Positions 47,761-58,128 are shown, counted from the stretch's first letter. The stretch: DNA of 64,000 bases from Candidatus Pacebacteria bacterium CG_4_9_14_0_2_um_filter_40_15 (GCA_002788675.1 PFRS01000001.1:15009-79008), one strand, 5' to 3'. The notes: a model not told the origin generated them from the sequence alone. Program-made: numbers and translations.

Positions 47761-48480
47761 TTACTTAGCAGCTTTTCCTGCCATGTAACCAGCAGCAAAT
47801 TGATCAACGATGAAGCGAATTGACTTCACAGCGTCGTCGTTAGCTGGAATTGGAAGGTCAACTAAATCTGGATCTGCATTCGAGTCGATTAAAGCAACAA
47901 CTGGTACTCCTTCAGCGCGAGCTTCAGTAATAGCAATTATTTCTCTCTTTGGATCAACAACAAACACACAATCAGGAGTTGATTTAACATCTTTTACACC
48001 AAGGAAAAATCTCTCAAGCTTGTTCTGCTCTTTTTCAAGCTGAACACGTTCAAATTTGGTATAGCCATCGTACTTACCATTTTTAAGACCGGTTTCGATC
48101 TCATTCATTTTCTTTATTGATTGCTTAACTTGTTCCCAGTTGGTTAAGAATCCACCGAGCCATCGAGAAACGATATAACTTACACCAGCTTGTTTTGCAG
48201 CACCTGAGACAATCTCACGTGCTTGGCGTTTGGTTCCGACCATAACAACGGTCTTACCTTTTGCACCTAAGTCGTAAGCGAAGTTATATGCTAATTGAAG
48301 TTGTGCAGCAGTTTTTGCTAAATCAAAGATGTGCACGCCATCTTTTTCCATATAGATCCACTCAGCCATGTGAGGGTTCCACTTTGCTTTTTGATGTCCA
48401 AAATGACATCCGGCTTCGAGAAGATCTCGAAGGTCGTAGTCTGGAGCTTTGTTTGGTAGGTCAGCGAAATTTGTATTCAT
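47761..48480 (-). CDS. rpsB: 30S ribosomal protein S2
   Basis: LLEAGCHFGH, RWLGGFLTN, PANDDA. Confidence 0.97.
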   Translation of the reverse strand: MNTNFADLPNKAPDYDLRDLLEAGCHFGHQKAKWNPHMAEWIYMEKDGVHIFDLAKTAAQLQLAYNFAYDLGAKGKTVVMVGTKRQAREIVSGAAKQAGVSYIVSRWLGGFLTNWEQVKQSIKKMNEIETGLKNGKYDGYTKFERVQLEKEQNKLERFFLGVKDVKSTPDCVFVVDPKREIIAITEARAEGVPVVALIDSNADPDLVDLPIPANDDAVKSIRFIVDQFAAGYMAGKAAK

Positions 48481-48509
48481 ATCTGTCCTTTGTTCCCCTT
48501 TCTTAAGGG

Positions 48510-48555
48510 ATGCAGGTATTCGTGAGCAAATTCAGGACGCTTCACGATTCTGCAT
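48510..48555 (-). promoter_or_regulatory. Structured rpsB leader (probable S2 autoregulatory hairpin)
   Basis: ATGCAG/CTGCAT and TCGTG/CACGA stems downstream of TGaTACAAT promoter. Confidence 0.45.
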
Positions 48556-48635
48556 ATATATTAATTACTAGAGGTGTATTGTATCACACCTTATTAAAAA
48601 TTTTCAATCTAATTATTGACGACACTCCCCTTCAG

Positions 48636-49484
48636 CTACTCATCACCCTTGCCAACAAAAATAGCAAGCATGCGAGCAAATAGTGTTTCTTTTTCATCGG
48701 AAGCTTCTGCTTCGAACTGGGGCTTCAACTCTTCAAGTTTTGTAACAACTTGCTCGCGCTGTGGAGCAGTCATTTCAGCAGCCCTTGCCTCAATTTCCTC
48801 GAGAAGAGACATGTCATCAGTTGAATATATAGGAGTCAATCTGGCAGGATTTTTTGCATAGATTTCGCTGAAGTGCTTAGCATTTTCTGCATTCTCAAGA
48901 TCAAATCTATCAACAAAAAAAGTATTTCCTAATTTAATAATATCCATCTGTAGTGTTCCACCTTCAGCTGGCTCTAAATCAACATCAGAATCAATATAAT
49001 AGTGACCATTTGCATCATATGAAATTTCCCAAGGAACTGCCCAACCAATCTGACCAGACTCCATCTGTGCAAGACTTCCCTCATACCTCACATAATCGCC
49101 TGTTCTGGTATCAACAATTTCACCAGCGTCTTCAGACTCAGATCTAGAAGCTCTTGTCATAGGGGTGCGTTCAGTCTGAATCTCATCTACGTCAGTTTGC
49201 GCGACAGGTCTTTTATCACGCATTTGAGTAGCTGTTGCATCATCATATTCTGGCTTTCTTTTCGTGTACTCACTTGAACTAGTTGAGTAGGGACTACCAT
49301 CACTACCATGCAAAGTTGTACGAATTATAGATCCTGCGGCAGAATATGGGTTGTTTATAATACCGGTTGCATACCCCATCGCTAATTCCATTGAATGTGA
49401 TCGTTCCATGTGCATCTCTCCTGCTTGTTTCAATTTTTCCCTGTATTTCCGCTCTTTCGAGGATTTTTCACTTAATAATCTCAC
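48636..49484 (-). CDS. Hypothetical protein (start uncertain)
   Basis: 282-aa ORF filling the gap between folD and rpsB. Confidence 0.6.
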   Translation of the reverse strand: MRLLSEKSSKERKYREKLKQAGEMHMERSHSMELAMGYATGIINNPYSAAGSIIRTTLHGSDGSPYSTSSSEYTKRKPEYDDATATQMRDKRPVAQTDVDEIQTERTPMTRASRSESEDAGEIVDTRTGDYVRYEGSLAQMESGQIGWAVPWEISYDANGHYYIDSDVDLEPAEGGTLQMDIIKLGNTFFVDRFDLENAENAKHFSEIYAKNPARLTPIYSTDDMSLLEEIEARAAEMTAPQREQVVTKLEELKPQFEAEASDEKETLFARMLAIFVGKGDE

Positions 49485-49508
49485 GATTATATTAGTATAT
49501 TTACTCTA

Positions 49509-50420
49509 TCATAGCTCTTTGTGTTTTACCAAAAAGACTGCATTCTGCAACAGACTCACAATGGTAAGTGGGCCAACTCCCCCAGGAACTGGCGTAATGA
49601 AACTCACTTTTCCAGATGAAATAACTGATTCTAAGTCGACATCAGGCTGTGGCTCTCCCACATCAATCAGAGCAGTCCCCTCGCCTAACAATTTTTCTGT
49701 AATAAGTCCAGAAACTCCTGTGGCTGAAACAATAATATCTGACTGAGTCAAACCAGCTCCGGCTTCAATTTTTTCCTGTAACTCTGTTCTTCCAAGCAAT
49801 TCACACATCACTCCCCTTCTCTTCAACTCGAAGTACAAAGGCGTTCCAAGCAAATCTGATTTACCAATAATACTAATGTTATAGGAAGAGAGTGGTTTTT
49901 GGTTTTGCTGTGAAAAGTCGTCCAAAATAGTTAAAACTGCTTGGGCGGTAGCTGGCAACACTCTGCCCTGATCTTGCCAATTGCCATGCTTAATAGCAGC
50001 CAATGACTCGGGATGTAGTCCGTCGACATCTTTTTGGACTGAAAGTGCTGAAACGAGTGAAGTCCACCAGGTGGCATACTCTTTTGCAGAAGCTGTACTA
50101 CCTTGTAATTTTTGCCAGGTTTTGCGCCATGGTTTCTGAATTATGATGCCAGTAATACTGTCATCGCCATTAAGCTGATTAATTTTTGCTTGCACAGTCT
50201 CGACTGAATCAATCAGCGAAAACTCATACACGCGGTAAGAAATGCCAGAACGCGCAGCGGCTTCACCTTTAAGGCGCGTATACAAACGACTGCCGCTATC
50301 CTCGGTGAACAAAATTGCGGCAATAGTTAGGTTCACGCCCTTTTCAAACAAGGCTTTCACTTCACGCTGCACACCTTTTTCTAGTTCCTGTGCTCGCTGG
50401 TTTCCATCGTAAATATACAT
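49509..50420 (-). CDS. folD: Methylenetetrahydrofolate dehydrogenase/cyclohydrolase
   Basis: GIIIQKP, KDVDGLHP, ITPVPGGVGPLT; start ATG 50420. Confidence 0.92.
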   Translation of the reverse strand: MYIYDGNQRAQELEKGVQREVKALFEKGVNLTIAAILFTEDSGSRLYTRLKGEAAARSGISYRVYEFSLIDSVETVQAKINQLNGDDSITGIIIQKPWRKTWQKLQGSTASAKEYATWWTSLVSALSVQKDVDGLHPESLAAIKHGNWQDQGRVLPATAQAVLTILDDFSQQNQKPLSSYNISIIGKSDLLGTPLYFELKRRGVMCELLGRTELQEKIEAGAGLTQSDIIVSATGVSGLITEKLLGEGTALIDVGEPQPDVDLESVISSGKVSFITPVPGGVGPLTIVSLLQNAVFLVKHKEL

Positions 50421-50470
50421 AAGAACCCTATTATACCAGCAATCTTGAGGTATGAGTAGACCTATAAGTA

Positions 50471-50499
50471 TTGACAATAAGGCTAAAATAGGCTACAAT
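50471..50499 (+). promoter_or_regulatory. Near-consensus sigma70 promoter
   Basis: TTGACA-17 nt-TACAAT. Confidence 0.8.
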
Positions 50500-50896
50500 C
50501 CTCCTACTTCTGTTGCGGCTGACTCTAAACGCCAAATCAGCAGATCTTTAACAATCAATTATGTAGAGAGCAAGGTGTGTGTGACTGCCCTGCACTTGTG
50601 CAGCGACCTGTCGCGCTCACCTACACTCTCTACGATGTTATATATTTTTACTTTCTTTTGAGTTGTTCGCTTTTGGCGCGCAGTGCCTTTTCCACAAAGG
50701 TGCTGCGCGCCATCAGTGAGCACACAATACAAAGGAGGTGAAAAACCAAAATTGTGCTTACACTAAATTACCAACTCACCTTAGGTGGCAGAGTTGGAAA
50801 CAGTCGACTGTTTGCAAGCTTTTTTTACTTTTTTTCGATAACCACACATATTCCTCATCAAAATTTTTTGATGAGAAAACCTTTATGGAGAAAATG

Positions 50897-52387
50897 ATGA
50901 CTACTGAAAAAACTTTTGTTCAACTGTTAGCCGAAGATATGGGCGAAAAAAATGTCCCCGCTATTGTTGTTGAAAAACTGGAAGCCGGTGGATACGATTC
51001 TGTCCAGGTGCTACAAGAAAATCCGACAACCAAAGATGAATTTTTGGCGATGGAAGTTCCTATGCTCTGGGCGAAAAAATTGGCGGCCAAGTATGGCCCT
51101 CAAGAATCCCCGGTTCCTGTCCTGGTGCCAACGCCTGCGCCAACCGATCTCACCGATCTTGATGCTCTCATCGTAGATCAAAAGGTCGCAGAATTCTCGT
51201 GGACCCGCATCAAAACCCTGCAACGGTCTATGGTGACGACGTTGGTACAGAACTTCTTTGCCGACACCACCAGCACGACCTCAACCGGGTACCGCTTCAT
51301 GGAAGCAATGCGGACCAATACTCAACGTCCTGTGATTGCCAAAGTCCGTGGGCAAGTGAATCAAATCGCCACAGAAGTATTAGTTTGGCGCCTGATCCAA
51401 GGAACGGCCGTGATCAACGGTGATATCTTCGAATTGTCGCCGACCGAAAAATTTGTGGTTTGTGACCTTTCGGAAGTTAACACCAAAATGTTGAAGCGCG
51501 ATGTCATGTCCCCCACAGGCGGCACTCTGCCAGTTGGCGCAATGAAAAACTCATACGGGGTCACTCTGTATGACGCTGAAGGTGGTTTTGTTTTACCCGA
51601 GGCAGTACAGCAGTTTCTTGCTCTTGCCTTCAACAAAAACGAGATCAATGATCTGCTCATGCGCCAAATGGCTCGTGACTGGCGCGGCCGTGAATCCGAA
51701 GTTACTGTTGAGGAGTTGCAGTATGAGTTCCCCAAAACTTGGGAAGAAGTCACTCTGCGCGACGTTGAACAATATCCCCCCTTGGAAGTCAAGGAGGGTG
51801 AGAATCGCCCCCCTTTCGGCAACGGAGTCGTCGTTAATAACGACTTCGACCAAAGACTCCCCGGCTTATGGGCAGAAATTGAACAAAACATCCAAATCGG
51901 TCCCATGGTGAGTTTTGACGTGGACAACGAAATGTTTTACGCCAAAGCAGAACAACTTAGGGTGGGTGGTGTTCAAATCAACATCAGACGAGAAGGAAGC
52001 CGAGAAAATGTCACATTTACTGCAAAGGATGCTGAATCTTTTGGTTTTTCAATCGAGTGGTTTGGACTGAGCGCCCGTGAGGGAACCAAGATGGTGATCA
52101 ATCTCCATCGGACCGTCATGGCCCAAGTCAGTACTCCTGCTTCAAACAGCAGTGGTCTACCTTCTCCGACTCTAATCCGAGACGAGGTTATTCGCCTCTA
52201 CGATGACGGAGAACTGCGGACCCTGTGCATGGATCTTGGCATTGATTATGAAGACTTAGCAGGTGACCGCAAAAGTGGCAAAGCACAAGACCTGGTCGCT
52301 TACATGCAACGTCAAGAGCGTTTATCTGAACTGGTAAACACAATCAAACGTCAGCGCCCCCACGCAAAATGGGAAATGCACCTCTAA
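50897..52387 (+). CDS. Hypothetical protein with N-terminal SAM-like domain and C-terminal effector-associated (EAD7-like) domain
   Basis: C-terminal YDDGELRTLCMDLGIDYEDLAGDRKSGKAQDLVAYMQRQERLSEL; N-terminal LEAGGYDSVQVL...DEFLAMEVPMLWAKKL; SD GGAG at 50887. Confidence 0.65.
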   Translation: MTTEKTFVQLLAEDMGEKNVPAIVVEKLEAGGYDSVQVLQENPTTKDEFLAMEVPMLWAKKLAAKYGPQESPVPVLVPTPAPTDLTDLDALIVDQKVAEFSWTRIKTLQRSMVTTLVQNFFADTTSTTSTGYRFMEAMRTNTQRPVIAKVRGQVNQIATEVLVWRLIQGTAVINGDIFELSPTEKFVVCDLSEVNTKMLKRDVMSPTGGTLPVGAMKNSYGVTLYDAEGGFVLPEAVQQFLALAFNKNEINDLLMRQMARDWRGRESEVTVEELQYEFPKTWEEVTLRDVEQYPPLEVKEGENRPPFGNGVVVNNDFDQRLPGLWAEIEQNIQIGPMVSFDVDNEMFYAKAEQLRVGGVQINIRREGSRENVTFTAKDAESFGFSIEWFGLSAREGTKMVINLHRTVMAQVSTPASNSSGLPSPTLIRDEVIRLYDDGELRTLCMDLGIDYEDLAGDRKSGKAQDLVAYMQRQERLSELVNTIKRQRPHAKWEMHL

Positions 52388-52408
52388 TAACATCGTAGAA
52401 ACCTAACT

Positions 52409-52441
52409 AAAAGCCCGGTGCTTCACGTACCGGGCTTTTTT
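52409..52441. terminator. Bidirectional terminator
   Basis: AAAAGCCCGGTGC-loop-GTACCGGGCTTTTTT. Confidence 0.85.
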
Positions 52442-52471
52442 GCGTCAATTTTCAAAAAATAAGCATCTCCC

Positions 52472-53296
52472 CTACTCCACATACCCCTTCAAAACCTCAA
52501 CATTAGCAGCATCCGGCCCATTGCCATCAAGCCCAGGCACTTCAATTACCAACGGAATATCTAACACCTCTGGCAAATTCAAAAAATGCCTAAAATTATC
52601 GACTCCAATATTCCCCTGCCCCAGGTTATCATGGCGATCCCGCCCGCTATCAAAGTCATCGCGGCTATCGTTAACGTGAATACATTTTAAGTGCTCCCAC
52701 AAACCAAGACGAGTAATTTCATCGCCAGCAGTCATCAGACTATAGCCTGCTGCATGCGCATGACAAGTATCAAAGCACCACCCCAACTGTGGGGACGAAA
52801 TTTCCTCAATTAACCAAGCAATTTCAGCTAAATCACTACACAGCTTGCCTTTTTGCCCAGCGCTGTTCTCAATCAAAAAAGTTGCATCATCGGGACTCTC
52901 AGCAATGATCTCGCGAATAGCAGCAGCAACACCCTCGCGCACTGCTTCCCACCCAGCACCCAAATGACTTCCTAAGTGCACCACGATACCCGAACCACCA
53001 ATTTTGCTATCAAACGCCATGTCGTACTTTAAGACCCGTAAAGACTTCTCTAAGAGTTCGGGATTAGGAGAGGCCAAATTAATAAGGTAGAGCGAATGAG
53101 TAAAGACTGGTCCAAAATGAGATTCAACGCGAAGTGAAGACATTTTGCTCACAGACACTTCTGCCAAATCTTTTCGCTTCCAGACCCTTGGGCTGCCACT
53201 AAAGAGTTGTAGGCAGTTACACCCGATAGCCTTTGCCCTTTCTACGGCCTTTTCGAGGCCTCCACTTGCTGAAACGTGTGCACCAATGTATCGCAT
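52472..53296 (-). CDS. nfo: Endonuclease IV
   Basis: IGAHVS, YLINLAS, IENSAG, DTCH, HVNDS, DRHD. Confidence 0.95.
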   Translation of the reverse strand: MRYIGAHVSASGGLEKAVERAKAIGCNCLQLFSGSPRVWKRKDLAEVSVSKMSSLRVESHFGPVFTHSLYLINLASPNPELLEKSLRVLKYDMAFDSKIGGSGIVVHLGSHLGAGWEAVREGVAAAIREIIAESPDDATFLIENSAGQKGKLCSDLAEIAWLIEEISSPQLGWCFDTCHAHAAGYSLMTAGDEITRLGLWEHLKCIHVNDSRDDFDSGRDRHDNLGQGNIGVDNFRHFLNLPEVLDIPLVIEVPGLDGNGPDAANVEVLKGYVE

Positions 53297-53416
53297 AATC
53301 TTCTCCTTTTATTTTTTATCGTACCACATTCATTGTGACACGCTGTTTAACGAATAAAAGAAAGAGGTAAACTGCAAGTATGGCATACTCTTTTGCACAA
53401 AAACATCCTATAATTA

Positions 53417-53461
53417 TTGACATATACTTGAGAAAATGCTAAAATAGTGCGTTGTTTAAAA
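53417..53461 (+). promoter_or_regulatory. Promoter TTGACA-17-TAAAAT followed by boxA-like GTTGTTTAAAA
   Basis: Direct reading. Confidence 0.6.
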
Positions 53462-53520
53462 TCTTTTTTTAATATATTAGCTCTCATTTTTGAAAAATGG
53501 GAACTAAAAGGAGTAGAAAC

Positions 53521-53811
53521 ATGATCAAGAAGGTGACAACTTGGCTCACCTATCTGCTAGTTTGGGCTGCACTCCTGGCAGCCAACTCCAGCTTTATTTT
53601 TGCCTTTGGTTTATTCCTCATATTTTTTTCAGTATTAAAATGGGGACCACAGTTATTTTCAGGCAGCGAGACTGAAACCCGAGGTTTGCTCCTTTTGTTT
53701 ATAGGAGTCATATGCCTTTCAGCAGCAAACGTATCCAATTTGTATTGGGTAACGTTTGTAGTCTGCATATTTATCGCAGGCAGAAAAGAAAACGAGGAAA
53801 AAGAAAAATAG
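53521..53811 (+). CDS. Small ORFan membrane protein
   Basis: SD AAGGAG before ATG 53521; hydrophobic; followed by terminator 53822-53851. Confidence 0.65.
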   Translation: MIKKVTTWLTYLLVWAALLAANSSFIFAFGLFLIFFSVLKWGPQLFSGSETETRGLLLLFIGVICLSAANVSNLYWVTFVVCIFIAGRKENEEKEK

Positions 53812-53873
53812 CAACAAACGTAAGGGCAGCACAACGCTGCCCTTTTCTTTTACCTCCTGGTATACTACCAGGG

Positions 53874-54575
53874 ATGCAATCCGCCAAACTAAAAAACTTC
53901 ACCGTCCACTATCATAACTCAGAAGAATATCATCTCCTCAAGCGTGAGATTTTTTCGCACGACGAATACTACTTCGAGACTGACAATCCTGCACCAGTTA
54001 TTATCGACGCCGGAGCTCACATTGGCCTAAGTACCCTCTACTTCAAGTCACTCTACCCAAATGCCAAAATTATTGCCATCGAACCCAATCCACAATTGTT
54101 TGAAATTCTCGAAAAAAATATCTGGGAAAACCAGTTGCAAGATGTGACCGCCGTTAATGGCGCACTCGATGCAGAACGTGGCAGGACTGAGCTCTTTGTC
54201 GATTCAACAAAAAATGAGTGGTGGTCGACAGGAAGCTTCACCAAAGGAGCCTGGACCAAGCAGCAAGAGTCGGAGCCAATCGAAGTCGAGACCTGGCCCC
54301 TTTCAGAATTCATCACTCAACCTATCGATCTCCTTAAAATGGATATTGAAGGCGCCGAACAAGCTGTCCTTGAAGGTAGTGAAGAAGCGCTTAGCCAAGT
54401 TAAACAAATCGTGATGGAATATCACTCAGTTAAAAAACAAAACCTCTTCTATCTTTCTGAAATGCTGATTCAAAATGGTTTCAGACTCGAGTATGGCCAA
54501 GATGGTAAAACCATTACTAAGTTCAACATCAAACAATCAAAAGGCTTAATTAGCGTACACGCTTGGCGGAAATAA
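53874..54575 (+). CDS. FkbM-family methyltransferase
   Basis: IIDAGAHIG, AIEPNP, LKMDIEGAE, MEYH; start ATG 53874. Confidence 0.9.
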   Translation: MQSAKLKNFTVHYHNSEEYHLLKREIFSHDEYYFETDNPAPVIIDAGAHIGLSTLYFKSLYPNAKIIAIEPNPQLFEILEKNIWENQLQDVTAVNGALDAERGRTELFVDSTKNEWWSTGSFTKGAWTKQQESEPIEVETWPLSEFITQPIDLLKMDIEGAEQAVLEGSEEALSQVKQIVMEYHSVKKQNLFYLSEMLIQNGFRLEYGQDGKTITKFNIKQSKGLISVHAWRK

Positions 54576-55011
54576 TGTGCTCGTGCACATTACTTCTCTC
54601 AAAATCCTCAAGCTGCCAAACAGTCACCGCATCCCGCTCACTATCCTTAAATTTTAAGGCATGCAAAAAGTGTGGTGCACCGGCCTCAACGGCAATACAC
54701 ACCGACATGTGGAGAAACTTAGGGTCAAAATTGTCTGGTCTCTGATAGGTAAACAAAATATCACCAGGACGCCAGCCATCAACCTCTGGATCAATCGGAA
54801 AAGTAAAGTCAGTATCTTCGTACAACTCTTTGGAGCGCATGTCTTTTGGCAATCCATACCCCAACTCTTCTAAAGCTATATGGGCAAGTAACTGACAATT
54901 CAAACCCACCTCAAAGATATGCTCTGCCCGCTCTATGAGCGGGCCAGAGTTGAAGTCATACTTTACACCGGAAAATAAACTTGTAATTTCTTCAAGTACT
55001 TCTCGAGACAT
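54550..55011 (-). CDS. NlpC/P60-like cysteine hydrolase
   Basis: GLNCQ...PGDILF...HMSV...FLHA (Cys-His-His). Confidence 0.65.
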   Translation of the reverse strand: MSREVLEEITSLFSGVKYDFNSGPLIERAEHIFEVGLNCQLLAHIALEELGYGLPKDMRSKELYEDTDFTFPIDPEVDGWRPGDILFTYQRPDNFDPKFLHMSVCIAVEAGAPHFLHALKFKDSERDAVTVWQLEDFERSNVHEHIISAKRVR

Positions 55012-55047
55012 TCTGTCCTCAATGCGTTCACAGTGAACCCTTACTAC

Positions 55048-56379
55048 CTACCACTTGAACAATGGGAACGTTGTTGCCATCGCCTCTACTTCTTCCCGAA
55101 TCGAACGCAAAACCTTGTCAGTTTTGGCACGCTTCTTAAAGTCCTTGAGGAAGGCCCTGCGAGCCTTCAAATCCTTCGGAAGCTGTTCGGTCGTAGTGTG
55201 CTCGATCACCCGGGCAATCCATTCAGCAATTTGTTTCATTTCTGCAGTGTTCATACCTCGAGTAGTTACCAGCGGTGTGCCAATGCGAATTCCACTTGGA
55301 TAGAAAGGTGAACCAGGTTCATTTGGAACCGTGTTTTTGTTAGCATAGATACCAGCTACATCAAGCGCATAAGCTACTTGAGTACCCAGACCAGCCCCAA
55401 GCCTAGTCAGATCAATTACCATCAAATGCGTCTCTGTCCCACCACCGACCAACTGCACGCCTCGAGCCAACATACCTTCAGCCAACGCCGTGGCATTTGC
55501 CGTCACGCGCTTGGCATACTGCGTAAATTCCGGCCGCATGGCCTGCGCGGCCGCGATCGCAATGCCTGCCGTTGTCGCATTATGTGGTCCGCCCTGCAGG
55601 CCTGGGATAATAGCAGCATCAATTTTCTTACCAAGCTTTGGATCTCGAGCCATACCTTCATCAGTAACCATAATCATGGCCCCTCGAGGACCTCTAAAGG
55701 TTTTATGAGTGGTCGACATAACAACATGCGCAAACGGGACCGGCGACATGTGTTCTCCGCCAATTACCAAACCAGTCACATGCGAAATATCTGCAACAAG
55801 CCAGGCGTCAACCTCATCGGCAATAGCGCGAAACTTCTTGAAGTCTAATTCAAACGGATAGGCCGTATTTCCGGCCACGATCACTTTTGGTTTGTGCTTG
55901 TGTGCTAACTCGCGAACTTCGTCAAAATCTATCCGTGCATCGGCCAGAACACCATACTGAACAGAGTTGTAGAAAGTACCAGACCCCGTCACCTTTGGAT
56001 GGCCGTGAGTTAAGTGTCCCCCATTTGCCAATTTAAGTCCCAAAAGTGTATCTCCAGGCTGCATCAGCGCAAAATAAATAGCCAAGTTTGCCGGCGAACC
56101 AGAATAGGGCTGCACATTTACATACGGAACACTAAATAACTCTTTAACTCGATCACGAGCCAGGTTTTCGACCTTGTCGATAATTTGGTTACCTTCGTAA
56201 TAGCGCTTTCCAGGGTAACCTTCGGCATATTTATTCGATAAACAGGAGGACAAAACCTCCGAAACTTCTGGCGAAACAGCGTTCTCCGAAGGAATTAATC
56301 CAATCATCTTAATTTGACGATCCTCTTCCTGAGTAATTAAACTAACTATTTCATCTCTCTGTGGTGACTTATTTTGCAT
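55048..56379 (-). CDS. glyA: Serine hydroxymethyltransferase
   Basis: LIPSEN, NKYAEGYPG, GGHLTHG, TTHKTFRGPRG. Confidence 0.97.
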   Translation of the reverse strand: MQNKSPQRDEIVSLITQEEDRQIKMIGLIPSENAVSPEVSEVLSSCLSNKYAEGYPGKRYYEGNQIIDKVENLARDRVKELFSVPYVNVQPYSGSPANLAIYFALMQPGDTLLGLKLANGGHLTHGHPKVTGSGTFYNSVQYGVLADARIDFDEVRELAHKHKPKVIVAGNTAYPFELDFKKFRAIADEVDAWLVADISHVTGLVIGGEHMSPVPFAHVVMSTTHKTFRGPRGAMIMVTDEGMARDPKLGKKIDAAIIPGLQGGPHNATTAGIAIAAAQAMRPEFTQYAKRVTANATALAEGMLARGVQLVGGGTETHLMVIDLTRLGAGLGTQVAYALDVAGIYANKNTVPNEPGSPFYPSGIRIGTPLVTTRGMNTAEMKQIAEWIARVIEHTTTEQLPKDLKARRAFLKDFKKRAKTDKVLRSIREEVEAMATTFPLFKW

Positions 56380-56610
56380 CTTATTCCGTTTCTCCCGTTT
56401 TGGGACTAAGTAGGTATCACTGTGGCACTACGCCACTGTATTTTACACTATAAAAATGACGCCATCGTTTGTGGCGCCTGTACACTAGGGAAAAACTCTT
56501 AAAGAGTTGAAAATTGAATCTGGAATGTGTTGGCCGACTTAATCATGGGCAGCCTCCATTTGAGTATGTGTCATTCTGATGAAAGTATAACATACCTAGC
56601 TAAAAATGCA

Positions 56611-57936
56611 TTATTCATCATTCTTTTGTAAGCTATTCAGGAGTATCGCTTGTCTGAGTAAAAAGTCAACTTGTCCTGCCTCGCCTGGGAGAATAACACT
56701 ATCTGTTGCAATAAATGCATCATCAACGAGCCCCATCCTTTCCTTAAATGTATCCAATCGCTCCATAAGTTCACTCAAATGTAATCTATTTTCTTCCTTA
56801 AAGATAGCTTTCATCTTAGGAATAGCATCCATATCAGCTTCTTGAATTGCTCTGAGAGCGTGCATAGCTTTTCTACTTGGAATGTACTTTTCACGAGTAA
56901 ACCATTCCAAAGCTTGTTGAGAGGTTAACTTGCCAGTACTAATAAATCCTGCTAAATCATGATATTTAATCAGAAATTTAAGAAAAAATGCAGCTTCATC
57001 AGATTTCTTTGCCTGTGAAATAATTATTTCCTCGCGAACTTCTGGAGGTAAATGAACCAGCATGTCGGGATCCTTAAACGAAACTAATTTTGATGAGATA
57101 CCGTGAATCCAGTTCTCTGCCCAAAAAACTGAGCCTACTGCATGTGTTGGATCTTGAGGATTGTGGAGCTTACCAAAGTCGTGCAACATGATTGCACTCA
57201 GCTGCATAGCAATCAAGTCGACGTCAATTCGTGTATAAGTATCACTCTCTTTTTGATAGAGCCCTATACTAACGGCCATACTTGCCATGGCTTCACAGAT
57301 ATGTTCAAGAGGATCACGTCCACCGTGCTGTGCGGTCACAAGGCCACCCATTTCGGCGTCTGATAGAGCCAACATAGCCTTAGGAAAGTAGATTGCTCTA
57401 TTTCCATACAACTGATCTCGCACTTGATCTCTGAAAATAATTCTACGTTCCTCTTTGGTTTGGCCTTCACGATATGGAACATCAAAGTAAAAATCTCGAC
57501 CATCTGCAATTTGCTGGACTGTATCCATTAACACTGCTAGAGCTCTTGAGATTTGCTTAAAATCAGCATCAAGTCGTAGTTTCCCTTCTTCTGTCTCATT
57601 GGTTGCCGTCATGGTCTCCTGTATGAGTTTTCCTTTGTTCTGTCGAGCAACAAATTGTGACTCAGATTCATCTATGAGCCTCTCTGGATTAAGTAAGGCA
57701 TCAAGAACTTTCTGATATTCAACAGCCATACTGCTGTCGTCATACATAACCATCTCTCCAGTAGGAGAAATAAAGGCAGGAGTTACTCCCTCAAGATGTG
57801 GAAGTATTTTTTCAGGTAAAGATATATGTGATGTCAGGCGCTCATCAGGATACACAGGAACGCCACTACTCAAATCCGGGCCCTGTTGGCCAAGTCGGTA
57901 TTGTGCTGCATATGATGTATCTTGTTCGCTCGACAT
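56611..57936 (-). CDS. Uncharacterised HD-domain protein
   Basis: LEH...LHDFGK...THA...YHD...ADMD. Confidence 0.7.
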   Translation of the reverse strand: MSSEQDTSYAAQYRLGQQGPDLSSGVPVYPDERLTSHISLPEKILPHLEGVTPAFISPTGEMVMYDDSSMAVEYQKVLDALLNPERLIDESESQFVARQNKGKLIQETMTATNETEEGKLRLDADFKQISRALAVLMDTVQQIADGRDFYFDVPYREGQTKEERRIIFRDQVRDQLYGNRAIYFPKAMLALSDAEMGGLVTAQHGGRDPLEHICEAMASMAVSIGLYQKESDTYTRIDVDLIAMQLSAIMLHDFGKLHNPQDPTHAVGSVFWAENWIHGISSKLVSFKDPDMLVHLPPEVREEIIISQAKKSDEAAFFLKFLIKYHDLAGFISTGKLTSQQALEWFTREKYIPSRKAMHALRAIQEADMDAIPKMKAIFKEENRLHLSELMERLDTFKERMGLVDDAFIATDSVILPGEAGQVDFLLRQAILLNSLQKNDE

Positions 57937-57975
57937 AGTGTGTGTTCTTTGTCTGAGGAGAATGGTGAAGTGGAT

Positions 57976-58128
57976 AATAAAAAAAGCACCTACTTCAACA
58001 CTCTGCTCTACTTGGTTTCCCGGGCGGAAGGTTTCTCTGAGGGAAAACCCGTCGCCTTTTGTTACTTGGGAGCGAATGGTGACCTAGTGTGCCAGTTCGC
58101 TATTCCAGTATCAGTTTTATTTGATACA
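57976..58128 (-). ncRNA. Putative structured RNA, copy 1 of an unknown tandem motif (strand tentative)
   Basis: Shares GTTACTTGGGAGCGAA, CTCwACTTGGTyTC and AATAAAAAAAG(AA)CACCT blocks with 58321-58452; TTGCAA-17-TATTAT promoter upstream on minus strand. Confidence 0.5.

Noticed and set aside
56380-56610. ZTP (pfl) or THF riboswitch upstream of glyA
   Set aside because: Hairpins are present but the conserved GACUGGCG / CGCCUGGGC elements are not; one hairpin is simply the upstream gene's terminator
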